64,000 nucleotides of DNA. Origin: Candidatus Cloacimonadales bacterium (lineage in GTDB: Bacteria; Cloacimonadota; Cloacimonadia; Cloacimonadales; DAONDQ01). A model generated the notes under the pieces. That model did not search any database and was not told the origin of the DNA. It was given only the letters and a program-made list of their open reading frames with translations. A program made the position numbers and the translations under genes. The first letter of the stretch is position 1. Each line of letters opens with the position of its first letter. Positions 31,328 through 40,725 of this stretch are shown here, in pieces. The DNA lies in NCBI GenBank assembly GCA_963662275.1, contig OY759316.1, positions 96,001 to 160,000 of the forward strand, given 5' to 3'.

Positions 31328-33598
31328 TCATCTTGTCTTCTTAATTAAAACAAATCTGGTGATAAAAACAAAGACGATGGTCATGAAAATAATCATGCCA
31401 ATATCAATGAACAAATTATCTGCATTAAAACCGATGGCATCTGTAATGACTGAATTATCTTCGAGAATAACAAGCTGTTCAAAAGCCCAACGGCTTAGCA
31501 TGAATCCAGCTAAGATATTAACGCCTTCCGGTATGTTGCCAAAAGGAACGATCAAACCACCTAAGATGACTTGTGGTATCAGGGTTATGGGAACCAATGC
31601 CATGGCAGTTTCTCCTGTCTTTACTACAGCAGATAATGCTAATCCCATACTCAGTGCGGAGATAGATGTCATAGTTAGAGTGAGGTTAAGAATAAAAAAG
31701 TTCACGCTCATATCAGCAGTAATGTATGCTGCAAAGCTTAATATTAGGCATTGGAATGCACAAAGCAAAGAAAGAACGCAAACTTTTGACCACAGGTAAG
31801 CATCGATATTGAGATTGGCTTTTTGCTCTCTTTTAAAGATCGTCTGTTCTGTGACAATTTCCCTGGCTGAATTGGAACACCCTAACCAGATAGCTGCTAC
31901 AATTAGCACAAAATAGAGTGACTCAATCCTATCAGTTGATCTGAATACAAGAAAGATAAAGAGACCAATGATCGGAGCTTGCAAAAGCAGGACTGCGGCA
32001 CTAAAAGTATCCCTGAACTTCACTAAAAACATGCGTTTGCACAGAACTGAGAACTGATAAAGTGCATCAGCCTGTAAGGATTGAGGTAATTTATGAGAAC
32101 TCTCCACAGGGTGCTTAAACCCGGAATCTATCCAGTCATTACAGTAAGAACTCTTTAAGTAATCTTGTTGTAAGCGTTGAGGATCAGTTTTCTCAAGGGT
32201 ATCAAAGATATCCTCCGGTTTGGATACCCCAAAATAACCTATTGCTTCCTGCGTTGGACCGAAGTAAGCAAGTCTGCCTCCATAAGTCAGAACGATCAAA
32301 TGAGAAAAGATGGAAAAATTGAGCGCATCAATTTTATGAGTTGTGAGCACGACGATATGCCCATGATCTGCAATATCTTTTAGGAGATGCATTACTTCTC
32401 GATCGCTGAGTGGGTCTAATCCGCTTGTAGGTTCATCTAAAAAATAGAGCGACGGCTCGGTAATCAGCTCTTGTGCCATATTTACTCTTTTCCGCTGACC
32501 ACCGCTAATTCCTTTTTTTTCAGGAGAACCGATAAGCGTATCTTTGGCATTTGTTAGATTGAGAGATAATAGTATTTGCGTAATTTGCCTGGTTCTTTCC
32601 TCTTCAGTTATTTGGTCACCAAGACGAAGTTTACTGGTGAAATTGAGGGATTCTTCAACTGTAATTTCCCGATGGATAATATCATCCTGCGGTACATAAC
32701 CTATTTGACCCTGGAAAGCTCCAGGATTGTGATAAAGAGATACTCCATTGATTTGTACAGAACCTTCGGAAGGTTTTAAGTATCCGTTCAGCATCATCAT
32801 AAGAGTAGTTTTTCCACAGCCTGAAGGACCAATCAAACCGATAAACTGACCCGGTTCAAAACAAATACTCAGATTATCAACCAGCGTCTTATTGGGAACT
32901 TTAAAGCTTAAGTTTTGAGCGACCAGTCGTAAACCTGCACTCCAATCAGGCATCTCCTTACTGAATATTTTAACTAAATCAAGCGGTACACCGCCAATCA
33001 TAATTTTATCATGTTCAGAAATAAGGGCTTTCCCTGTCTTCTGCCCATTGATATAAGTGCCATTAGCGCTATTTAAATCTTCTATCTGCCAGGCAGTTCC
33101 TATCTTTGTCAGCTTGGCATGATAGCGAGATACACGAATATTCTTGATAGTAATGTCATTATCATGCTCTCGTCCAATGCTGATGATATTTTTACCCAGA
33201 ATATTGCTATTTATTGGAATAGAAGGAGGACTAGGAATTTCTGAACCTTCACTGTTTTTGTATGTCTGCAAGACTTGGTGCAAATCTAAGACAAGCCCAC
33301 TCGCTAATGTAATTGTATCATTTGCAGTAACGATCTTCTCAGATATTCTCTGGTTGTTAATAAAAACACCATTCGTTGAATTCAAATCCTTGAGAAGATA
33401 ACTTCCATCAGGAGTAACTATCAGTACACAATGATGCCCGGAAATTCTATTATCCTGGATTAAATAATCGTTGTCAACCGCTCTTCCTATATGAATTGTT
33501 ATTGATTCTGTTGACTGCTTTGCGTCAATCTTCGCTCCACAAAAGGGACAGAATTTAGAATCATTATCAATTGTTTTTGAGCAGTTGGGACACTGCAT
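31328..33598 (-). CDS. Zn-ribbon + 2 x FHA + ABC ATPase + ABC-2 permease fusion (Rv1747-like exporter)
   Basis: CPNC..CPFC; IGR..SGHH..NG and IGR..SRYH..NG; GPSGCGKT, ISGGQRKR, LDEPTSGLD; C-terminal transmembrane helices. ATG 33598 preferred. Confidence 0.92.
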   Translation of the reverse strand: MQCPNCSKTIDNDSKFCPFCGAKIDAKQSTESITIHIGRAVDNDYLIQDNRISGHHCVLIVTPDGSYLLKDLNSTNGVFINNQRISEKIVTANDTITLASGLVLDLHQVLQTYKNSEGSEIPSPPSIPINSNILGKNIISIGREHDNDITIKNIRVSRYHAKLTKIGTAWQIEDLNSANGTYINGQKTGKALISEHDKIMIGGVPLDLVKIFSKEMPDWSAGLRLVAQNLSFKVPNKTLVDNLSICFEPGQFIGLIGPSGCGKTTLMMMLNGYLKPSEGSVQINGVSLYHNPGAFQGQIGYVPQDDIIHREITVEESLNFTSKLRLGDQITEEERTRQITQILLSLNLTNAKDTLIGSPEKKGISGGQRKRVNMAQELITEPSLYFLDEPTSGLDPLSDREVMHLLKDIADHGHIVVLTTHKIDALNFSIFSHLIVLTYGGRLAYFGPTQEAIGYFGVSKPEDIFDTLEKTDPQRLQQDYLKSSYCNDWIDSGFKHPVESSHKLPQSLQADALYQFSVLCKRMFLVKFRDTFSAAVLLLQAPIIGLFIFLVFRSTDRIESLYFVLIVAAIWLGCSNSAREIVTEQTIFKREQKANLNIDAYLWSKVCVLSLLCAFQCLILSFAAYITADMSVNFFILNLTLTMTSISALSMGLALSAVVKTGETAMALVPITLIPQVILGGLIVPFGNIPEGVNILAGFMLSRWAFEQLVILEDNSVITDAIGFNADNLFIDIGMIIFMTIVFVFITRFVLIKKTR

Positions 33599-34094
33599 AT
33601 TTTTTCCTAATAGTTTGCTTTTGTTCAATACCAAAGGCTTTTACAGTTATACTGCCTTCTATAACAACACCACTGAAGGCAATGTTAATGATATCTGTGG
33701 GTTTAAAATCCGGTTCAATTGTTATGTTCAAGGGAATTTCTTCAGTTGAAAATGCTCTTAACATGAATGCATTCCTACTCATAAGAAGAGCTATGATCGA
33801 GTTGTCAGAAGATTTTACATTCAAGATAAAAGGTTCAATATTTAAGGGAATGAAGGTTGGATTCTGAATTTTTAATATTGCTAAACCCTCCTGCCCTTTG
33901 AGGATATCAAGAATGCCTATGTTCTCAACACTGGCTTGAATATTCTGCAGTTTGTGGATACTATATCCGATAAGCACTATCAGAAAGGATAGCAACAAAG
34001 CACAGCACAGAACAAGCCATTGATTACGAGAAAACTGTAGCTTTTGTTTGATGTCTGCTTTATTTGTTACTACGGTTTGATCATAATTTTTCAA
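33567..34094 (-). CDS. Membrane-anchored LEA type 2-like protein
   Basis: Single transmembrane helix, then LKIQNPTFIPLNI..EEIPLNITI..IEGSITV pattern. TTG 34094 follows GAGAAGG; overlaps both neighbours. Confidence 0.55.
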   Translation of the reverse strand: MKNYDQTVVTNKADIKQKLQFSRNQWLVLCCALLLSFLIVLIGYSIHKLQNIQASVENIGILDILKGQEGLAILKIQNPTFIPLNIEPFILNVKSSDNSIIALLMSRNAFMLRAFSTEEIPLNITIEPDFKPTDIINIAFSGVVIEGSITVKAFGIEQKQTIRKKYAVSQLLKNN

Positions 34095-34848
34095 GACGTT
34101 TCCTTCTCTCTTGAGCAGTAGGATGCGTTGAAATAAAATCATTTACAGCTTTCATATTACTGTCTTTAAATTTTACTTCCTTCTTCTCCAGTATTTCAAA
34201 GAAAGACAAGGCACCGGCTTTATTGTAGCCTGCTTTTTGCATAAGTTTAAAACCATATTCATCTGCTTGGCGTTCAATTTCTTTTGAAAATGGATATGTA
34301 TATGTCGTATACGCAATCTGAACCACATTTCCCAAGGTGGGATTAATTTTAGAAGCCTGGTAGGAATGCTGGATACGATGAATGCAATGCTTCAATTCAT
34401 TGTGAGCAATTTCATGAGCGATGACAAATGCCAGTTCATCTTCGTTGTTTATACCATTCAGCAATTCTGTATTGATGAACATCTTCCCACCCGCAATAGC
34501 ATACGCGTTGAAAACATTACTCTGAATAATGGTGACATCATATTTCAAGGCAGTACGCGTACAAAATGGTGTTAATTTATGCATTACTTGATTAACATCG
34601 AATTTCTGAGATTTACTAATTTTAGCATTACTTAGAATTTTAGCTTTTAATTCTGTTCCGATCTTATTTTCATCTGAATCGCTGACACTGTCCATATCAA
34701 GCAGTGCATTATCAATAGTTTGGGCAGCACTTATCCCGGCATTGAAAAGATCATCAATAACTTCACTGCCAAGATGGATAGGGACTAAGAATAGAATTAC
34801 TGCAAGATATTGAATAAGTCGTTTGGATTGCCGGAGTTGAAAATACAC
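34081..34848 (-). CDS. M48 family zinc metalloprotease (BepA/YggG-like)
   Basis: NAYAIAGG, ELAFVIAHEIAH, ERQADEYG..AGY and STHP motifs; exact start uncertain. Confidence 0.88.
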   Translation of the reverse strand: MYFQLRQSKRLIQYLAVILFLVPIHLGSEVIDDLFNAGISAAQTIDNALLDMDSVSDSDENKIGTELKAKILSNAKISKSQKFDVNQVMHKLTPFCTRTALKYDVTIIQSNVFNAYAIAGGKMFINTELLNGINNEDELAFVIAHEIAHNELKHCIHRIQHSYQASKINPTLGNVVQIAYTTYTYPFSKEIERQADEYGFKLMQKAGYNKAGALSFFEILEKKEVKFKDSNMKAVNDFISTHPTAQERRKRLEKL

Positions 34849-35156
34849 GACCAGCCTCCTTTTGGGTCTTTCTTAAAGATCAATTTACCAGGGATATTAG
34901 TACTTGGTAAAAGCATTAGGGGCTTGTTCAGGTCAAAAGAAAAATCAACTACATACTCAGTCCTGGTATCATTAGAATATCCCTCAGAGACGATGGTTAT
35001 TTTTTTTACATTATATGAAGCACCGAGGAATTGAGTCACATTTTGCTTTAAACTGTCAAACTGCTCTTTCTTTAGTTTGCTGAACTTCATACTGCATGAA
35101 GTTGCAACCAGGCAGACTATGAATAACAAAACAAGAATACGAATTTTATATCTCAT
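34797..35156 (-). CDS. Small putative lipoprotein
   Basis: Basic N-terminus, hydrophobic core and lipobox-like LVATSC; 4-bp overlap with the phosphatase gene. Confidence 0.7.
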   Translation of the reverse strand: MRYKIRILVLLFIVCLVATSCSMKFSKLKKEQFDSLKQNVTQFLGASYNVKKITIVSEGYSNDTRTEYVVDFSFDLNKPLMLLPSTNIPGKLIFKKDPKGGWSCIFNSGNPNDLFNILQ

Positions 35157-36106
35157 TGTTTCCCCTTTGAAATTGCCTTTGTAGTATCAGTGGATATCAT
35201 TTTCTTTCCTATTGTGGTTGTATCTACAATAACATGTTTTCCTGAGTTCAGTTTAAATACTGGATATAAGGCATAAATTGTGGCAAACAAAACGATACTG
35301 ACAGAAAATAGAATAATGAATGACCAGGGTACTTTTCTATGAGTTTCCGTATTTACACTAATGGGTGCACCAATGTTTGATTTTACGATCTGAATCGTCA
35401 CATTATCATCACTTCCCTGCTGATTGGCAATATCTACGAAAGCGATGCATGCATCCTGCGGTTCTTTCTCCAGGATTTTGCTCATTTCCGGAAGAGTAAA
35501 ATAATGATACAAACCATCAGAGCATAACATGAAAACATCAGATTTGCATAATGAATAAGGTCCACTGATATCAGGAATGAAATTATCAGTACCTGCTGCT
35601 TTTGTGATGATATTCCTCTGGGGATGATCAATTGCCTGTTCTTCTGTCAGAATACCTCTATCCACCATATTCTGCACTAGCGAATGATCCTTGGTGAGTT
35701 GTCTTAAGAGTCCACCTCTTTTCAGATACAGCCTGCTATCACCTAGATTGGCAAACCAGTACTGCGTTCCAATGATCAACAGCAAGACCACCGTAGTGCC
35801 CATGCCTTCTGTATCAGGATTGGCTTTAGCATACTCAATAATGCTATCCTGAATATGCAGGAAGGCTTGTTCAATTTCAACTCGAGGGTCATATTGGCTG
35901 ACTAAACTCTTGAAATGCTCATAGACAGATTCTACAGCAAGCCTGGAGGCAATCGCTCCACCGGTATATCCGCCCATCCCATCGCATACGATGATGAGAT
36001 GTCCAAAGCTCTCATCATACCTGCCATAGTAATCCTGGTTCTCAGTTCTGACTTTTCCAACGTCTGAGAGATTCCCGAATTCGAAATCCGGCTTCTTCAT
36101 CTCCAT
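35153..36106 (-). CDS. PP2C/PPM Ser/Thr phosphatase (Stp1/PrpC-like) with C-terminal transmembrane helix
   Basis: GKVRTENQD, VCDGMGG, GMGTT, NLGDSRLY, DHS, LCSDGL and GSDDNVT motifs. Confidence 0.94.
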   Translation of the reverse strand: MEMKKPDFEFGNLSDVGKVRTENQDYYGRYDESFGHLIIVCDGMGGYTGGAIASRLAVESVYEHFKSLVSQYDPRVEIEQAFLHIQDSIIEYAKANPDTEGMGTTVVLLLIIGTQYWFANLGDSRLYLKRGGLLRQLTKDHSLVQNMVDRGILTEEQAIDHPQRNIITKAAGTDNFIPDISGPYSLCKSDVFMLCSDGLYHYFTLPEMSKILEKEPQDACIAFVDIANQQGSDDNVTIQIVKSNIGAPISVNTETHRKVPWSFIILFSVSIVLFATIYALYPVFKLNSGKHVIVDTTTIGKKMISTDTTKAISKGKQ

Positions 36107-36114
36107 AATTTCTC

Positions 36115-37674
36115 CTACACCAGGTTAAAATTACCTTCCACCGAACCAAGCTTGAATGTGCAGTTACTTTCCAGTCTAAAAAGCTGAACCTTATTGCCAT
36201 TGATGAAAATACCATTTGTAGAGCCTACATCTTCAATAAGGAAAAAACCATCTTCATAATATATTTTAGCATGGTGTGAGGAGACGGTATTATCCGTTAG
36301 AATAATCCTGTTATCATCTGCTCTGCCAATCGTTGAACCCGTTTTATCGATCGAATACACTTTCCCCATGTCAGTACCAAAAATGATTTCCATACGGAGA
36401 ATGCCGTTTGCAGATTGGGTACTTTGACCGGCACCCATAATCATTGTGCGTTCTCTATCTGCTTTAATTGCTTCAGGTTTTCGTTGTTCGACTATTTCCG
36501 TCTGTGAAGTGGCTTGTTGAATCTTGCTTTCGCTTAATTCTTTTTCTAAAGCTTCCCTTTTTTGTCGTTCTGCATCAATTTCCTTCTGCTTCTGCTCTTC
36601 TAAAAGCCTGATTTCATTATCCCGTTTTTGCTTATTCTTTCTCGCCCGTTTTCTCAGGAACAAGACAACTCCGGTAATAATGACCAAAGCTCCCAGTATG
36701 ATAAGCAATATGACAGGATTTACTTTCTGCTTTTTTGCCAGCGGTGTAACAGGAAGATAGGCTGGTCTGCCGGCTGGGGCAACGAACTTTGCTGCCAGTT
36801 CTTTTGTACCCAAGGTTGTTTTCACGACTATCCCGAGATTATGCTCTGCACCGTCTCCGGCTACACCAACGACGATGTAACTCAATAAATTGATATTCAT
36901 GATCTGGCGGTACAGTCTATTGTAATGCTCAACTAAATCATCTGAAGTGGGAGCATAATAATAGCTTCCTCCCGTGCTTTCCGCCATACGTTCCAGCGAT
37001 TGCAGATAAACTTCCTCCACTTTACTGTAGCCTATGGTAAAGATGGGGATGCCATTATTCTTCGCAATTTGGATAATATCATTTTCGGAATAGGCTTTGG
37101 TGGGATTTTCATCTTTACCATCACCCATCAAAATCAGAATTTTACCAGTCCTGTCTTCGACATTCACCAGTTGCTCAATCGCTTTATCTGCCCCATAATA
37201 GAGGGAAGTAAAATTACCTTTGGGAGTGATGTTATTGATCGTATTCTTTAAAAGAGTTCTTTCATTGGTAAAATCAGCAAGTAATTGATAATCGTCTGCA
37301 TATACACTGATCGCGACTTTATCCACGGAACGGATTTTGTTTATAAAGGGAATGATGGCATTTTTGATTGATTGAATGGGTTCACCACGCATAGAACCGG
37401 AAGCATCCAGGCAAAGCATGATATGCAAGCCCTGCCCTGTTTTCTCGTATGTCGTGGTTCGGAGCGAATCAATCATCTTGCTATCTACGATAACCCTAAA
37501 ATTCTTCTCAGTAAGATCTTTCACCGGTTCATCAGAACTATCCAATACCTGGACAGAACTGATATTCAGAGGGTAGTTTTGAGTATCAGTCTTGATGTAG
37601 CGTGCGGTTATAGGGGTTGCTGATAAGCTTATGATGAAGCTAATGGTGATTAATATGAAGAAGATTCGTTTCAT
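36115..37674 (-). CDS. Signal peptide + vWA (MIDAS) + TM + coiled coil + FHA protein
   Basis: CLDASGSM (DxSxS), LMGDG, transmembrane VILLIILGALVIITGVVLFL, FHA IGR..SSHH..STNG. ATG 37674 has an AAGGAGG RBS; a duplicated in-frame start lies at 37785. Confidence 0.9.
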   Translation of the reverse strand: MKRIFFILITISFIISLSATPITARYIKTDTQNYPLNISSVQVLDSSDEPVKDLTEKNFRVIVDSKMIDSLRTTTYEKTGQGLHIMLCLDASGSMRGEPIQSIKNAIIPFINKIRSVDKVAISVYADDYQLLADFTNERTLLKNTINNITPKGNFTSLYYGADKAIEQLVNVEDRTGKILILMGDGKDENPTKAYSENDIIQIAKNNGIPIFTIGYSKVEEVYLQSLERMAESTGGSYYYAPTSDDLVEHYNRLYRQIMNINLLSYIVVGVAGDGAEHNLGIVVKTTLGTKELAAKFVAPAGRPAYLPVTPLAKKQKVNPVILLIILGALVIITGVVLFLRKRARKNKQKRDNEIRLLEEQKQKEIDAERQKREALEKELSESKIQQATSQTEIVEQRKPEAIKADRERTMIMGAGQSTQSANGILRMEIIFGTDMGKVYSIDKTGSTIGRADDNRIILTDNTVSSHHAKIYYEDGFFLIEDVGSTNGIFINGNKVQLFRLESNCTFKLGSVEGNFNLV

Positions 37675-37690
37675 TCCATCCTCCTTAAGT

Positions 37691-37766
37691 TGTAAAGCAA
37701 GACGCCGTTCTTGCTGTCTGCTCTGGTATGTAAAGCAAGACGCCGTTCTTGCTGTCTGCTCTGGTA
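37691..37766. repeat. Exact 38-bp tandem duplication containing a hairpin, between two copies of the vWA-FHA start region
   Basis: tgtaaagcaagacgccgttcttgctgtctgctctggta x2; flanks 37654-37690 and about 37765-37801 are similar (offset 111). Confidence 0.88.
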
Positions 37767-37795
37767 TGAAGAAGATTTGTTTCATTCCAGACTCC

Positions 37796-38440
37796 TTAAA
37801 TCGTTTTCAGTTGCAGATTTATGGTTCCGATCCTGATAATTGAATTGTTATTTAGCTCAGTCTTATCTTCAATGAATTTACCATCAACATATGTCCCATT
37901 TGTGGAGAGCATATCCTGGATAATGAATTTATTCTCCCGATATAGAAGCACTGCATGTTCTTCGGAAATGCCCGGCTGCTGAATGACAATATCACAGCTT
38001 GGGCTACTGCCTATCCGATGCCTGCCTACATATAGCTTATAGTCAATACCGGCAGGATTGATATCAAATGTGACCAGCCAGCCTACTAACTTCCTGATAC
38101 CAGGTTGTTGAACTGAGCCTGAGTCTTTATCGGTTGAGTTATTCCCATAAATCATGGTTTTATCTGACCTGGCGGTTCCGCTATTTGGATTTGTTGGGCT
38201 GAGTTTGGGAGCACCGAGATCAACGACCGTCTTATCCCTGTTATTAACGGCATTATCAACTTGTGTTTTTGCCCCGCTGATCGTCATTCCCGCACTCGGA
38301 CAGAAAGGGCAATCCGATAAGGCAGCATCATAATTATGCCCATTTCTGCATGTCTTGTAGTCCTGCTTTATCGGAGTGCCGCAACTCTTGCAATAAGTTG
38401 CGCTTCCTGAGTTTTCCAATCCGCATTTAGAGCATTTCAT
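37796..38440 (-). CDS. Double Zn-ribbon + FHA domain protein
   Basis: CSKC..CKSC; CRNGH..CPFC; LVGWLV; FHA IGSS..SEEH..STNG. Confidence 0.88.
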   Translation of the reverse strand: MKCSKCGLENSGSATYCKSCGTPIKQDYKTCRNGHNYDAALSDCPFCPSAGMTISGAKTQVDNAVNNRDKTVVDLGAPKLSPTNPNSGTARSDKTMIYGNNSTDKDSGSVQQPGIRKLVGWLVTFDINPAGIDYKLYVGRHRIGSSPSCDIVIQQPGISEEHAVLLYRENKFIIQDMLSTNGTYVDGKFIEDKTELNNNSIIRIGTINLQLKTI

Positions 38441-38551
38441 ATGTATCTCCTTATTGAAAGTATTCTATATTGAAAACTGGGATGCTAAATTTAGAACAAT
38501 GGCAAGTTACGCAAAACCATAAAAAACAAGCAAGATAATTATAAATATACT

Positions 38552-38719
38552 GTAGCGCCTACTTAAGGAGGTAATCTGGAACGCTATCTTTAGATAGAGC
38601 TATGTGCTCTTTAGAAGGCGTATGCTTTGCTGCTGGTTTGTTTGAATACATGTACTGAAGTCAACGTAGCACCGTCAGGATGACAACGTACCAGATAAAC
38701 CTCCTGAAGTAAGCGCTAC
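38552..38719. mobile_element. REPIN/MITE-like element with GTAG-type inverted ends
   Basis: Left end gtagcgcctacttaaggaggt; right end acctcctgaagtaagcgctac (near reverse complement); interior homologous to 40508-40720. Confidence 0.7.
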
Positions 38720-38759
38720 ATTACTTACTGAAGTAAGCGCTACCAGTATTCTGCATAAA

Positions 38760-40091
38760 TCAAGGTACAATCCTACACAAGCGAAAGCCAATGTTGTAGT
38801 CACTGTAAGTCGCATAGCTATAGAGGTATCGATTGGAAACGGGGCAGCCACTGGCACCGCTACTCCAGCTACCACCGCGTTGCACACGGTAAAACCCGCT
38901 GACAGCACCATGCGGATTCACCTGTGCTCCACTCGGATATGTGCCATAAATGTCCCAGTTCCATTCCCAGATGTTACCGCTCATGTCAAACAGTCCTAAT
39001 TCATTGGCTGTCTTAGTGCCTACGGTGTGGGTAGTACTGCTGGAGTTTGATTCATACCAAGCTATACCGTCAATTGTATTACTTCCACTGTAGGTATAAT
39101 TATGTGTCGAATTACCACCTCGTGCCGCAAATTGCCATTCCGCTTCTGTAGGAAGACGGTAACCATTGGCTGTCCAAGAACAGGATACGTTAGTATGATT
39201 TAGATAATTAGTATTCCAACCGGAAGGCCAGGTAGCGGGATTAACGCCATTTGTGCTGTAGCTATAGCAGGGAGTCAGCCCTTCACTTATACTACGCTTG
39301 TTGCAATACTCGATAGCATTGAACCAGGAGACTTGCTCCACAGGTCTGTTGGTCACACCAGTAAAGTAAGATGGATTTGTTCCCATGACAGCCTGATAGG
39401 CAGACTGCGTCAGCTCATACTTATCCAGATAGAAGGAGGATATGGTTACATTAGATGTACCGTTATTAAATGTACCGCCTTGAACTAAAACAAAGTTCGC
39501 AGGAATTGGTATTATTGTATATAACGCAGTTGCTGTTATACTCGCTTCTATTCCTGTTTTAAAGGCTTTAGCTTTAAGAATTGTTGTTGAGGATATGGTA
39601 ATTGCACCATTATATTGCAATGATGATTCTGTAGGTTCAGAACCATTAGTTGTATAACGAATTTGTGCTCCACTCGTAGCACATGAGATTTCAACCGTTT
39701 GAGCAGATGAGTAAGTACCATCAGCTAAACTAAATGTTGGAGTTGCAACACCTTCAACAGAAATGATTCTGAAGAATTGGTAATGCTGAGATGCTAAGGT
39801 AAACCAGTAAACACTATTTGCATTGTATGTAAAGAGACCTGAAGAAGTAACATCGGTAAAACCTGTAGTGCTTTCATTTGATGCTTCCACAATGTAATTT
39901 GAAGCATTGGGAACAACCGTCCACTTCAACACAGCACTAATATTAATCGATAGATCATTGGGAGGATTGACATCTCTCAGGAAATTCATAGTATTATTGT
40001 TCGATTTGCTTAATCGATCTGGAATAATAATTTTAGAATTTAATCCGGATACTATCAAGACAAGTAATAGAAAGAATACTAACTTTTTCAT
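38760..40091 (-). CDS. Secreted FGE-sulfatase (C-type lectin fold) domain protein with chitobiase/Fn3-associated domain; candidate DGR target
   Basis: Signal peptide; IRYTTNGSEP; PVEQVSWFNAIEYCN, YRLPTEAEWQFAARGG, GLFDMSGNIWEW and RVQRGGSW..IGFRL motifs. Confidence 0.9.
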   Translation of the reverse strand: MKKLVFFLLLVLIVSGLNSKIIIPDRLSKSNNNTMNFLRDVNPPNDLSINISAVLKWTVVPNASNYIVEASNESTTGFTDVTSSGLFTYNANSVYWFTLASQHYQFFRIISVEGVATPTFSLADGTYSSAQTVEISCATSGAQIRYTTNGSEPTESSLQYNGAITISSTTILKAKAFKTGIEASITATALYTIIPIPANFVLVQGGTFNNGTSNVTISSFYLDKYELTQSAYQAVMGTNPSYFTGVTNRPVEQVSWFNAIEYCNKRSISEGLTPCYSYSTNGVNPATWPSGWNTNYLNHTNVSCSWTANGYRLPTEAEWQFAARGGNSTHNYTYSGSNTIDGIAWYESNSSSTTHTVGTKTANELGLFDMSGNIWEWNWDIYGTYPSGAQVNPHGAVSGFYRVQRGGSWSSGASGCPVSNRYLYSYATYSDYNIGFRLCRIVP

Positions 40092-40252
40092 GATTTACTC
40101 CTTTTATTGAATTCATTCTTTAAATGTTACTCTATAGATATTCTTATGTCCATAAAATAGATAATCAGTAATTCCATAATGTAGAGCAGGATGCCGTTCC
40201 TGCTTCACAATAACGTCCTGCGGACTTTCGTAGTATATACTTCCGGATGTTT

Positions 40253-40429
40253 TCACCGACATCTCTCCCGGAAATGAGCGTCATCAGTCAGATGTGGATA
40301 CAGGGTTTTGAGGGCAAGCTTCTTGTCGGTTAAGGCTTCTTCCACCAGATAGACTTCACCCATACCGCCTTTGCCGAGTAAGGATAAAACATGATACTGG
40401 TTAATTTCCTGCCCGATCTGAAATATCAC
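40253..40429 (-). pseudogene. Truncated Ser/Thr kinase N-terminal fragment
   Basis: FQIGQEINQYHVLSLLGKGGMGEVYL..LALK then a stop after 58 codons; coding start and upstream region are homologous to those of the 41460-43118 kinase. Confidence 0.85.
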
Positions 40430-40507
40430 AGGCTCTCCTTCTGAGATTGTATATTTAAATTTGCAGAGTGTAATATATTTTGTCAATAAGTGATTTGTTT
40501 AATAAAC

Positions 40508-40720
40508 GTAGCGCTTACTTTAGGAGGTAATGTAGAACTTTATTTATACCGTTATCTTTTGTTGATTGACCCCCCTACCCCCCTTCTCAAGGGGGGATAT
40601 TCTCCCCACTTTAGAGGACGTATGCTCTGCTGCGGGCTTCTTTAAAATACATGGACTAAAGTCAATGTAGCACGGTCAGGATGACAGCGTTTCTGATTAA
40701 CCTCCTGAAGTAGGCGCTAC
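40508..40720. mobile_element. Second copy of the GTAG-ended REPIN/MITE-like element, carrying a nested CCCCCTACCCCC REP
   Basis: gtagcgcttactttaggaggt ... acctcctgaagtaggcgctac; REP at 40568-40597 lies inside. Confidence 0.7.
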
Positions 40721-40725
40721 GTCAG

